DNA of 62,571 nt, filler included, from Chiloscyllium plagiosum (Eukaryota), in NCBI RefSeq assembly GCF_004010195.1. It is 4 parts of one record of this genome, joined end to end, with 100 filler letters (N's around TTAATTAATTAA, not from the genome) between each part and the next. Parts side by side here need not be neighbours in the genome. Positions count along the whole stretch, not along the records: positions 27,927 to 42,544 come from NC_057710.1; positions 42,645 to 50,557 come from NC_057710.1; 2 more parts are not named here. One strand, 5' to 3'. The position numbers and the translations under genes were made by a program. The notes below the pieces were generated by a model that was not told the origin of the DNA, searched no databases, and saw only the letters and a program-made list of their open reading frames with translations. Of this stretch, positions 35,816 to 47,665 are shown piece by piece; position 1 is the stretch's first letter; each line of letters starts with the position of its first letter.

Positions 35816-36751
35816 CTCATTGAATCGTAGAGAAGGATGAAATGGCTTGCTTCTTCTCTAATGGTCTTCAGTTGTGTCATCTATTCTTTGGAAAGTTAAT
35901 CTGTGTTTTCGAGATTCTATCCATCAGATCGGCTTGTGTGTTATTTTAGTCTCTGTTACCTCAAACCTCAGATGAGGACTAAGATGACCACCAGTAACAG
36001 CAGCCAGGCCTACAGTTCTAGAGGAGACAGTGGATCAACAGGGTGCTGCGGGTCACTGAAGGACTCAACCAGCAGATAGGTTTACAGACAAAAGGTTGGT
36101 TTCCTCAATGCAGTGGGACACCAGCATAATTCGCAGCCTGTTGAAACAAGAACTGCTGCCACTTTAACATAGCTAACTTAGGACTGTCAAATTCAGCATA
36201 GCCCTCAGCACTTCTTGCCCCTTAATGCAGAAGAGGCAAGGTAGAACATGGCTGCTAAAGAGATCTGGGGCGTGGGGGGTTTGCAGAAAGAAGCTCCAAG
36301 GGAACGTAGGGGAGAAAGAGAGTGCAAGATGGGGTAGAGTGAGAAGGAAGTTGGTAGAGGAATGCACGGGGGAAGGATGCTGTGAAAAGTAGCTGTTTAA
36401 GAGAAGCAGGAAGCTTGAAGGGAGCGAGGAAATGGAGGGCGCAAGATGGCTGACGATGCTGGACCAGGAGGCTTCATGGGATGGGAAGTGATTGACGCTA
36501 CCAGAGGGGGTGGCGGGAGGGAAGGAGGTTAAAGGAGATAGTGAGTGGAAAGAGACTGTACGATGGGGAGAGGTAGCCTGCAGGGGGAGAAAGGAGACTG
36601 CAGGGAGAGAAGGGGGAGGCTGTAAAGGAGGGAGAACAGTTTTAAACCTGTCAACAAAGGAATGCTCAGCCAACAGGGAGCAAGGAAACCTTGAAACCAC
36701 TGACACAATGAATGGTGCCCTCAGAAAAGTGGGATTTCCAGCTTAACATTC

Positions 36752-37325
36752 TTTATTTGATTTATTGTAGTCATGTGTACCTAAGTACAGTGAACAGCTT
36801 TGTCTGCGAGCAGTACAGGCAGATCAGAGCAAGCAACGACATACAGATCACAGGGTGCTCAGACAGAGTGAGGCGTACAGGTTACACTGCACAGGAGGTA
36901 GGCAAAGCAAGGTCAACATTATTTGAAGTTGCAGAGAGTCCATTCCTCAGTCTAATAACAGCGAGGAAGAAGCTGTTCCTGAACCTGCTGTTGCATGTCT
37001 TCAAGCTTTTGTACCTCCTGCCTGATGGAAGAGGCTGTAGGAGAGCATTATCGGGGTGGGAGGGGTCTTTGGTGATGTCGGCAGCCTTTCCATTACAACG
37101 AGAATGTAAATGGAGTCCACAGACGACAGGCTGGCTTCCGTGCTGGTCTGGGCTATGCTCACCACCTTCTGCAGTTTCTTGCTGTCCTGTGCCCAGCAGT
37201 TGCCATACCAGGGTGTTATGGACCCGGTCAGAATGCTTTCTATGCGGCATCTGTCAAAGTCAGTGAGACTCCTTCTGCACATGCTGAATTTCCTAAGCCA
37301 CCTCAGGAAGAAGGGGCGTTGTAGT
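36752..37325 (-). mobile_element. Rex1/Babar LINE 3' fragment
   Basis: FFLRWLRKF...RCRIESILTGSITPWYGNC; DPSHP...LQPLPSGRRY...TCNSRFRNSFF. Near-identical to 45823-46150. Confidence 0.88.
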
Positions 37326-39239
37326 TCAAAGCTACCAGGGTGAGGAGAAATTGTAATGAATGCTGAAACTGATTTTGGCATGTGCAGTTTGCAAATCCAA
37401 ATTAAACTAAGTGCCAGGAAGAATTGTAAATGTGCATGCATATGAAATCCTTCAATAATTTGCCTCAAGGCAAAGAGCACATACAGCAACCACCAATGAG
37501 GATGGAAATTTGACAATAGCCTCCCTCACTACAGGTAAAGTCCAATGATGTCAGGACATGGTCTTTAAGAGACCATGAATTGTTCACTTACGGCCCTTGA
37601 CTGACCCAGATGCAAGGAGGCTTCCTGACAGCTCCTACCTGTAAGTGTTAAAGCTGCAGTAGAGGCAGAGCGCTGAGATTGGGTGCCCATGGGGTCATGC
37701 CCCAATTCTATGGCCTACACCCACCTGGCTGCCAACCCAGCCCTTGGGGACCATAAAACCCACCTGAAATAGAGGGAAAAGGCTCAGAGACAACCCCTTT
37801 CCTCATTCTCACTCCAACCATCCACTTTGCATCAATACTTCAAATCATTCGTCCCGAGTGTGAAGTGACGAAAAATCGACTTGTGTTTTATAAATATACA
37901 GGAACATTGTATAATTGAGATATAAAAATGTACTGGGAGGAAGTGAGGACTGCAAATGCTGGAGGTCACCACACTCTCGATAAAAATGTGCTGGGATAGC
38001 AGCTACATGCTTGAATGGAAATACAACACTCTCGATAAACCATTAAAACATTGTTTACATTTTTAATTTTGCTGAAAATCCTCAGAGAAGATTGTTTAAA
38101 CAACCTCAGGACACGATTAAACTTCAAACTGATTTATTTGTCTTCAACACAATAAATGCCATTGGAATGTAGACCTTTAAACACCACTGGAACATTGATA
38201 CATTTTCTTAAAAAAAAAGCATTTTCATCACTTAATTTGGCACAGTCATCATTTTTAAATTAAAACTTCTCTTACTTTTACTTTTATACATGATCTTGAT
38301 CAATTTTAATCATTACATATTAGATTTTGTAAATAGAAAAGATCAAAGGAAGCTCCAAAAACAAAACCAAGGTGTTATTATGTCACTAAATTATTCAGAA
38401 AGAACGAGGAATTTTTTTTTCTAAAGATTGCATGGCAGTGTAGACCATAAAATAAGGAAATACAAAGTCAAAACCTTTTCTTTTGCACTCAGCAGGAGTA
38501 GACTCAAGAAACCAGATGATGAAAGGAACATCAATTATCGACAGCATTTGAAGACTGTGCTGTTTAGGAGGAATACCATTGGCATGGAGTTAGAGCAGGA
38601 TCAGTTAACTGTCAATCTTAATTCTCAGAGCAGAGAGATAGACTTTGCTTGGTTTGTGTGTTGCCATGGGAATGCAGCAGAAATTGGCAGTCACCCATGA
38701 CCCCTTTCCCAATGAAAGAGGTGCGATATATGTATAAGTTTCATTTGCCTACATAAAACATAGTCTGTGTCTAAAGAAATACGGATGCTGTAAATCAGAA
38801 ACAAAAACAGGAGCTGTTGGAAATGCTCAGCAGGTCTGGCAGCATCCGTGAGGAGAAATCAAACTTAATGTTTCGATGAACCTACCTCAGAACACACTGT
38901 CAGCTAACTGTAAGTGTTTAATTGGCTTCCAGTTTCATTCTTAGCACAGTCAAAAATGTTCAGTGAATATAAAACAATAGCAGAATTACAGACAATGTTG
39001 AACATGGGTTTTGAAGCTTGCAAGCAAGGTTGGTTGAGCCTGCTACACTTTGCAAACGTGCAGAGTAAAAGAGATATATACATATGTTCATTGATATGGT
39101 CTGCCAATCACTAGGATATAATGACCTACATACCTGACATCTCATTGACACTGAATGTAATGTATCATCTGACTCATTTGTGTGATGCCCTGTAATAGAG
39201 AAATCCACTCATGGGTTCACTGTAAAATGAGACAACGAG

Positions 39240-39640
39240 TCTGTGTTGAAGTGTTTGTGTCACCTTACCCTTCCAGAGTAATTTGAGTAAGACAGGGCAT
39301 CGTTCTGGTCCACATTTTGTGGTTTGAAGCTCTTTCCCAGGTGTTTGCAACATACAGTGAGGGGATCATGGTAACCATATTTACACAAGATAGTTTCGAT
39401 ATGCCCTGTCTCAGCACTACGTTTACACAATAAGCAGCTGGCCAGGGCCCTCTTCAGGAGATTGTCAATAAAATTGATCTTGTAAGTGTGAGACTGTAGC
39501 AATCCCAATGTCTCCATTGACTGGTGAACGTAGGCTTGCGATAGGCAGTACTAGAGAACCTACTGGCAGATTTCTCAACGAAAGGGAGGTTAGTGCTGGA
39601 GGGAACATTGGAAGCACTTTGAAGGAGCTTCTAAATGGGA
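39240..39640 (-). mobile_element. Old Penelope-like RT C-terminal fragment
   Basis: LPFVEKSASRFSSTAYRKPTFT..W..WD; YKINFIDNLLKRAL...ILCKYGY. Confidence 0.7.
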
Positions 39641-39984
39641 TCATCTGCTCAACTATCACCACGGGGAGGCTTGCACCTCCGTGCTCTGCAGAGAGGGATG
39701 GCTGTGGGTCTCCACACTTGGTCTCCATTGTACCTCTGAGCACAGAGCCATCAGGTCAGAACACACCCGAATCAGTGTTTCCATAGTCAGCTAAGGTCTG
39801 TCTATCGCCAGAGCTAAGCAAAGTGTTCCAAAGACTGGGCGGAAAACAAGACTAAGGGTCAGGATGGACGGCCCCAAAAGCCTTGACAGAACACACAGTT
39901 GCTCTGGTAACTCTGCCACATCTCCACGCACCCCTCAGTGTGATCCAGTATTTGCTGTTTTACACATCAGATGCTCATTGCAGG

Positions 39985-40181
39985 AGCAAATTGCTGCAGT
40001 CGCTGGAATCTGAACTGAAAACAAGCATTGCTAGAAATCACAACAGGTCAGGCAGCATCTGAGAGAGAGCTCTCTTGAAGCTCTGATGAAGAGTCAGCTG
40101 GACTTGAAATGTTAGCTTGCTCTCTCTCCATGGATGCTGCCTGACCCACTGTGATCGCCAGCGTTTTTGTTTCCAGTTCAG
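39985..40181. mobile_element. Fold-back PLE mini-element with hammerhead in the loop (family D)
   Basis: Arms at about 40010-40059 and 40134-40181; the loop contains agct-CTGATGA-agagtcagctggactt-GAAA-tgtt-agct (40079-40117). Confidence 0.75.
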
Positions 40182-41134
40182 AGGCTTATCATCTGATTGG
40201 GATCTGCATCTGGATCAACTCCTGCATTCCTCCGATTGCCAGAATCCAGCTCCATCTCTCTCTCTCTCTCCCTCTGCCTGGCAGCTGTGCAAGCTTTACC
40301 AGTTGTGCACCCTCTGTGTCCAATCAGGGAACCCAAGGTGCCAATTTCTGCCCTGGTGCTGGGTGCCAGGAAATGTTTGAACTGTGGCTTCCTTGGAAGG
40401 TTCCTGTTCTGTCTCAGAGTTTGGATGTGGTCCCTCCTTGCTGGGTTAATGTGTAACAGACAGAAAGCTGGAGGGCAGGTTAAGCACAGAACATTCTGGA
40501 ATCACAACATTTTAAATCACAATAAGATCTCTCACAGTATTTACATTCCTTAAATTGCATTATGCAAACAATCTTAAAAAGCCAAAGCTTTGGACTACTA
40601 GCATTACAAACGAGACCAGGGTCACCCTCTGACTGTAGCAGTTATCATACTCCCTCTCCTTGACCCTGCTAAGTTCTGGCACTCTCAGTAGTACATCATG
40701 TTCCCTTGGAAGATCACCACACCATCGCGTTCTCCAGTCTCGCCTGACCCAGTAGTTTGATTCTACTTATTTGTTGACAGTTCCAACACTTCCTCCTCTA
40801 CAGTATGAGGGTGACCAGTGCAGCCAATCAACCTCCTGCCTAGCTCTTCTCCCTTACATTGTGAATGCTCTTATAATAATATCACTTGGACTGACTATGT
40901 GGAATGCCAGCACACTCATCCTACTGCAGGAACAAACTGTGATAGCTCCACACTGTGCCAGCACATTACCAGACAATGGGCTGTGCCCCTTCCCAATGCC
41001 TTTCAACATCACATGCCTATACCAAGTGTTGTGCCCTCATCTGCCTCTGGCTGACATCTTTTGCCACGTGTGGAACCTCTCCCCTCATGGTTCTGTGAAG
41101 CAAACAATATAATGCCCAGAGGCACCTAGCCACA

Positions 41135-41740
41135 ATGTTCTTTCAAACGTGACACCAAATTTAACTAATCCTTTCTGCCTGCCCTTGTTCCATATCCCTC
41201 CATTCCTTGTATATCTTTGGGCTTAACTAAAAGTCCCTTAAACGCCTCTATCATACCTGCCTCCACAACCACCCCTGCCAGCATGTTCCAGACTCCCATC
41301 ACTCTCCGTGTAAAAATTTGACCCTCACATCGCCTTTGAATTTTCCCCTCTCACCTTAAATGCATGCCCCCTAGTGTTAGACATTTCAACTCTGAGAAAA
41401 AGATTCTGACCATCAACCCTACCTATACATCTCATAATTTTATAGACTTCTATCAAGTCTCCCCTCAGCCCCTGGCACTCCAGAGAGAGCATCCAAACTT
41501 TTTCTAGCCTCTCCTTATAGCTCATACCCTCTAATCCAGGCAACATCTTGATAAACCTTTTCTGTACCCTTTCCAAAGCCTCTACATCCTTCCTGTATTG
41601 TGGCAACCAGAACTGAACACAACACTCTAAGTGTGGCCTAACCAAAGACTTATAAAGCTGCAACATGACATCCGGACTCTTGTACTCAATTCTCCGACCA
41701 ATAAAGTGCCATATGCCTTCTTTACCACCCTATCTACTTG
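41135..41740 (-). mobile_element. CR1 3' fragment
   Basis: MLQLYKSLVRPHLECCVQFW...LERVQKRFIKMLPG. Confidence 0.9.
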
Positions 41741-41741
41741 A

Positions 41742-44700
41742 TGGATTCTGGGTAATCCAAGATGGAGGATGGGAAAAATTTCTGGCTATAAGAGCTGCTC
41801 CCTTTTTTGAGGTATTTTAGGTGCTGGAGGTGATTTCCTCGAATTCCAGGAGCAGCAATCACTGTTTTAAATGCTGTTGCATTGTTTTGGAACTTTGGAA
41901 CAAAAAAAAGTCAAAACAACAGCAGTTTTAAAAGGGAGAAGAGCAGACAAAGGAAGCATATGGTGAGGTCAGTGCAGGAGAGAGAGAGAACCTGCACAGT
42001 TACTGCCTTGGCTGGTTTTGAATTCATGTATCGCTGGACATCGGAGTGCGTCTGGGAAAATTAACAAACAGTGAATTTCACAACTAATCTTGGAGGAACC
42101 TGTTTGAGCTAAGTTCACAACACAGAATCAGATAAGTTAATTGTTGTTTAAAGTCTGTACAAGAGAAAAGCTGTATTAATGAGTACAATGGGTTCTTTCT
42201 TGATTATATGTTTTTGGAGATAAGTCTCTTGATTAAAATTAAAATATAAGCCACAGCTATAAATTTAACCTGGGGCAATGTTTGTAGAGGAATAAGACGG
42301 TGTTATTTTCTGGGTCTGTAGATTGTGAAGGAGCAAAAATGGCCTTTGCAGTGATATGTACTTCTTGTCAGATGTGGGAGTTTAAAGAGAGTTTAAGGGT
42401 TACTGCGGATTATATCTGCCATAGATGTTGTTGGATGCGAATCTTATCAGACCAAGTGGGTCAGTTGGAGACACAGATAGAAGCGATGAGGAATTTGCAA
42501 CAGAAACAGTATGTGATGGATGGCAGTTATAGGAAAGGGGGAAANNNNNNNNNNNNNNNNNNNNNNNNNNNNNNNNNNNNNNNNNNNNTTAATTAATTAA
42601 NNNNNNNNNNNNNNNNNNNNNNNNNNNNNNNNNNNNNNNNNNNNAAATAAGGCAGGGCAGGTGACTGAGGTGTCAGTGGGGGAGCACTTTGGGGCCAGCG
42701 ACCATAATTCTATTCGTTTTAAAATAGTGATGGCAAAGGATAGATGGCAAAGATCTAAAAGTTGAAGTCCTAAATTGGAGAAAGGCCAATTTTGACGGTA
42801 TTAGGCAAGAACTTTCGAAAGCTGATTGGGGGCAAATGTTCCCAGGTAAAGGGACGGCTAGAAAATGGAAAGCCTTCAGAAACGAGAATCCAGAGAAAGT
42901 ATACTCCTATTAGGGTGAAAGAAAAGGCTGGTAGCTATCGGGAATGCTGGATGACTAAAGAAATTTAGGGTTTGGTTAAGAAAAAGAAGGAAACATATGT
43001 CAGGTATAGTCGGGATAGATCGAGTGAATCCTTAGAAGAGTATAAAGACAGTAGGAGTATACTTAAGAGGGAAATCAGGAGGGCAAAAAGGGGACATGAG
43101 ATAGCTTTGGCAAATAGAATTAAGGAGAATCCAAAGGGTTTTTACAAATATATTAAGGACAAAAGGGTAACTCGTGAGAGAATAGGGCCCCTCAAAGATC
43201 AGCAAGGCGGCGTTTGTGTGGAGCCACAGAAAATAGGGGGGATACTAAATGAATATTTTGCATCAGTATTTACTGTGGAAAAGGATATGGAAGGTATAGA
43301 CTGTAGCGAAATAGATGGTGACATCTTGCAAAATGTCCAGATTACAGAGGAGGAAGTGCTGGATGTCTTGAAACAGTTAAAGGTGGATAAATCCCCAGGA
43401 CCTGATCAGGTATACCCGAGAACTCTGTGGGAAGCTAGAGAAGTGATTGCTGGGCCTCTTGCTGAGATATTTGTATCATCGATAGTCACAGGTGAGGTGC
43501 CGGAAGACTGAAGGTTAGCAAACGTGGTGTCACTGTTTAAGAAGGGTGGTAAGGACAAGCCAGGGAACTATAGACCGTGAGCCTGACGTCAGTGGTGGGC
43601 AAGTTGTTGGAGGGAATCCTGAGGGAGGGGATGTACATGTATTTGGAAAGGCAAGGACTGATTAGGGATAATCAACATGGCTTTGTGCGTGGGAAACCAT
43701 GTCTCACAAACTTGATTGAGTTTTTTGAAGAAGTAACAAAGATGATTGATGAGGGGAGAGCTGTAGATGTGATCTATATGGACTTCAGCAAGGCGTTCGA
43801 CAAGGGTCCCCATGGGAGACAGATTAGCAAGGTTAGATCTCATGGAATACAGGGAGAATTAGCCATTTGGACACAGAACTGGCTCAAAGGTAGAAGACAG
43901 AGGGTGGTAGTGGAGGGTTGTTTTTCAGACTGGAGGCCTGTGACCAGTGGAGTGCTACAAGGATCGGTGCTGGGTCCTCTACTTTTTGTCATTTACATAA
44001 ATGATTTGGATGCGAGCATAAGAGGTATAGTTAGTAAGTTTGCAGATGACACCAAAATTAGAGGTGTAGTGGAAAGCGAAGAGGGTTACCTCAGATTACA
44101 ACAGGATCTGGACCAGATAGGCCAATGGGCTGAGAAGTGATAGATGTAGTTTAATTCAGATAAATGCGAGGTGCTGCATTTTGGGAAAGCAAATCTTAGC
44201 AGGACTTATACACTTAATGGTAAGGTCCTAGGGAGTGTTGCTGAACAAAGAGACCTTGGAGTGCAGGTTCATAGCTCCTTGAAGGTGGAGTCGCAGGTAG
44301 ATAGGATAGTGAAGAAGGCGTTTGGTATGCTTTCCTTTATTGGTCAGAGNNNNNNNNNNNNNNNNNNNNNNNNNNNNNNNNNNNNNNNNNNNNNNNNNNN
44401 NNNNNNNNNNNNNNNNNNNNNNNNNNNNNNNNNNNNNNNNNNNNNNNNNNNNNNNNNNNNNNNNCTTTTCCCTGGGGTGGGGAGTCCAGAACTAGAGGGC
44501 ATAGGTTTAGGGTGAGAGGGGAAAGATATAAGAGGGACCTAAGGGGCAACGTTTTCACGCAGAGGGTGGTACGTGTATGGAATGATCTGCCAGAGGATGT
44601 GGTGGAGGCTGGTACAATTGCAACATTTAAGAGGCATTTGGATGGGCATATGAATAGGAAGGGTTTGGAGGGATATGGGCCGGGTGCTGGTGGGTGGGAC

Positions 44701-44790
44701 TAGATTGAGTTGGGATATCTGGTCGGCATGGATGGGTTGGATCGAAGGGTCTGTTTCCATGCTGTACATATCTATGACTCTATGACTCTA
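41742..44790 (+). mobile_element. Young CR1 (HER1-like) LINE: 5' UTR, ORF1 start, gap, ORF2 RT, 3' tail
   Basis: ORF1 MAFAVICTSCQMWE...YICHRC; ORF2 [23 protein letters not shown] with a few in-frame stops; tail ctatgactctatgactcta. Spans a contig spacer, so the two halves may come from different copies. Confidence 0.9.
42545..42644. other. Artificial contig spacer N44-TTAATTAATTAA-N44
   Basis: Identical linker at 42589-42600. Confidence 0.97.
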
Positions 44791-45619
44791 CTTGCACGGC
44801 CACATTCAGGGAGCTATTGACTTAAACCAAGATCCCTCTGTACCTCAATGCAGTTCAGTGTCCTGCCAATAAATGTACACTTTTCTTGAATGATTGATCT
44901 CCCAAAGTGCAGCACTTCATACTTACCTGGATTAAATTCCATCTGCCATTTCTCCAACCATATCCGCAACTGATCTATAACATCTAGGGAAGTCATTTGG
45001 GTGGAACTGAGAAATAGAAAAGGGATGGTCTATGGACCCCCTCTGCCCCCCACTCCCTCCCCCACGCCAATAGTCAGCAGAAATTTGAGAAACAAATTTG
45101 CAAGGAGATCTCAGTCATCTGTAAGAACCATAGAGTGGTAATGGTGAGGGAGTTTAATTAGACGTCAGGTGCTGTATTTTGGAAAGGCAAATCAGGGCAG
45201 GACTTAGACACTAAATTGTAAGGTCCTGGGGAGTGTTGCTGAACAAAGAGACCTTGGAGTGCAGGTTCATAGCTCCTTGAAAGTGGAGTCGCAGGTAGAT
45301 AGGATAGTGAAGAAGGCATTTGGTATGCTTTCCTTTATTGGTCAGTGCGTTGAGTATAGGAGTTGGGAGGTCATGCTGCGGCTGTACATGACATTGGTTA
45401 GGCCACTTTTGGAATATTGTGTGCAATTCTGGTCTCCCTCCTACAGGTAGGATGTTGTGAAACTTGAAAGGATTCAGAAAAGATTTACAAGGATGTTGCC
45501 AGGGTTGGAGGATTTGAGCTATAGGAGGAGGCTGAATTGACTGGCTAATTTCCCTGGACTGTCACAGGCTGTAGAAGTTTATAAAATCACGAGGGGCATG
45601 GATCAGGTAAATAGACAAC

Positions 45620-45654
45620 CACCTGATGAAGAAGCAGCACTTCGAAAGCTAGTG
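45620..45654 (+). ncRNA. Minimal hammerhead motif, intact (family B)
   Basis: cac-CTGATGA-agaagcagcacttc-GAAA-gCTA-gtg. Stem I cac/gtg, stem II gaag/cttc, palindromic AGCT stem III. Confidence 0.75.
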
Positions 45655-45822
45655 CTTCCAAATAAATCTGTTGGACTATAACCTGGTGTTTACTTTGTCC
45701 ACCCCAGTCCAACTCCAGCTCCTCCACATCATAGGTTTAAGGTGAGAGGTGAAGGATTTTAAAGGCACCGAAGGGGCAACGTTTTCACATGGAGGGTGAT
45801 GTGTGTGTGGAATGAGCTTTTC

Positions 45823-47010
45823 ATTTGATTTATTGTAGTCATGTGTACCTAAGTACAGTGAACAGCTTTGTCTGCGAGCAGTACAGGCAGGTCAGAGCAA
45901 GCAATGACATACAGATCACAGGGTGCTCAGACAGAGTGAGGCGTACAGGTTACACTGCACAGGAGGTAGGCAAAGCAAGGTCAATGTTATTTGAAGTTGC
46001 AGAGAGTCCATTCCTCAGTCTAATAACAGCGAGGAAGAAGCTGTTCCTGAACCTGCTGGTGCATGTCTTCAAGCTTCTGTACCTCCTGCCTGATGGAAGA
46101 GGCTGTAGGAGAGCATTACCAGGGTGGGAGGGGTCTTTGGTCATCTTGGCAGTGGAAAGTATAAATGGAATCCACGGATGAGGAGTTGGCTTTTGTGATG
46201 GTCTGGGCTGTGCACACTACCTTCCCTGGTTTTGTACGGTCCAGGACAGAGCAATTGCTGTTGTGCACCCAGATAGAATGCTTCCTACGATGCATCTGTC
46301 AAAGTTGGTGAGGGTCCTTATGGAAATGCCGAACTTCCTAAGCCACCCACGGAAGAAGAGGCGTTGTTGTGCCTTCCTGAGTGTTGCACCTACACGGGAA
46401 GTCCCGGACACGCTGTTGGTCATTGTCATTCCTAGGATCTTGACACTCACATCCCTGTCAACCTCAGCTCTGTCAATGTGGATGGGGGCGTTTCCTCCTC
46501 CTTTCTTCCTGGAGATATGATCAGTTCTTTTGTCTTGCCGACATTAAGAGAGAGATTGTTATCATTGCAGCATGACTCCAAGCCCTCTATCTCCTTTCTG
46601 TATCTGACTCATCAATGTTTGACATCCGTCCTCCCACAGTGGATGTAGATAACGTGCATTCAGGATTTGGCTACACAGTCATAGGTGTACAGGGAGTACA
46701 GTAGGAGGTTGCGGAGTACCAGTCTTGAGGATTATTGCGGAGGAGATGCTGTTGCCTACCTTCACTGATGGTGGTCTGTGGGTCCGGAAACTGAGGATCC
46801 ACTTGCAGAGGGTGGAGCTGAGACTGAGGTCTCCGAGCTTTGAGGTTAGTTTGGAGGGTAATATGACATTGAAGGTGGCACTGTAGTTGATCAGTTGCAG
46901 TCTGATGTGGGTGTCCTTGTTCAGATGTTCCAGGGATGAGTGCAAGGCTAGGGAAATGGCATCCAGTGTGGATCTGTTACATTGATAGACAAATTGCAGG
47001 GGATCGAGGA
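45823..47010 (-). mobile_element. Rex1/Babar LINE fragment
   Basis: HSSLEHLNKDTHIRLQLINYSATFNVILPSKL...WILSF; KAQQRLFF..LRKFG; DPSHPG..LPSGRRY. Confidence 0.88.
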
Positions 47011-47269
47011 AAGGGAGGGGATCAAGAGGATAGCAGCTGCCAGAGGAAGTGGTGGAGGCTGGTACAATTGCAATATTTAAGAGACATCTGGATGGGTATA
47101 TGAATAGGAAGGTTTGGAGGGATATGGGCCGAATGCTGGCAAATGGGACTAGATTAATTTAGGATATCTGGTCAGCATGAACGAGTTGGACTGAAGGGTC
47201 TGTTTCTGTGCAGTACAGCTCTATGTCTCTATGACTGGCTATTGGAACTTGAACTGCAATATTCAGCAT

Positions 47270-47357
47270 CTGAAAATGTGTTGCTGGAAAAGCGCAGCAG
47301 GTCACACCGCATCCAGGGAACAGGATAATCGACGTTTCGGGCATAAGCCCTTCTTCA
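47270..47357 (-). mobile_element. Short PLE repeat (family C) truncated inside the hammerhead core
   Basis: Reverse complement begins TGAAGA-agggcttatgccc-GAAA-cgtcgatt. Confidence 0.78.
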
Positions 47358-47412
47358 CTGTGTATGTAAACTTGACTCCAGGATAGGGCATTGCACCCCT
47401 GGTGCCAGAGTC

Positions 47413-47665
47413 AAGGATGTCACAGATTAACTCCAGGACAATCTTCATGTGGAGGGAATCAATCAAAAGTCATAGACCATACTGGTACAGTTACAGAATT
47501 AGGAAAAGGGATCAGGTCCTTAGGCAGATTTCAGGGGGAAGGATGTCACAGACTAACTCCAGAACAATCTTCATGTGGAGGGAATCAATCAAAAGTCATA
47601 GACCATACTGGTACCAGTTACAGAATTAGGAAAAGGGATCAGGTCCTTAGGCAGATTTCAGGGGG
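47413..47665. repeat. 126-bp direct tandem duplication (2 copies)
   Basis: aaggatgtcacaga...gcagatttcaggggg at 47413-47538 and 47539-47665. Confidence 0.92.

Larger units (their letters stand above)
45165..47235 (+). mobile_element. CR1 3' portion split by PLE (45617-45730) and Rex1 (45823-47010) insertions
   Basis: CR1 sequence stops at ...gtgtggaatgagct (45818) and resumes at agctgccagaggaagtgg (about 47035). Confidence 0.85.

Noticed and set aside
36173..36706. 177-aa Ser/Pro/Leu-rich ORF
   Set aside because: By-product of a GA-rich low-complexity tract; a similar CT-rich tract lies at 32930-33240.
39640..40450. Tx1/L1-like fragments
   Set aside because: Similarity too degraded to call with confidence by eye.
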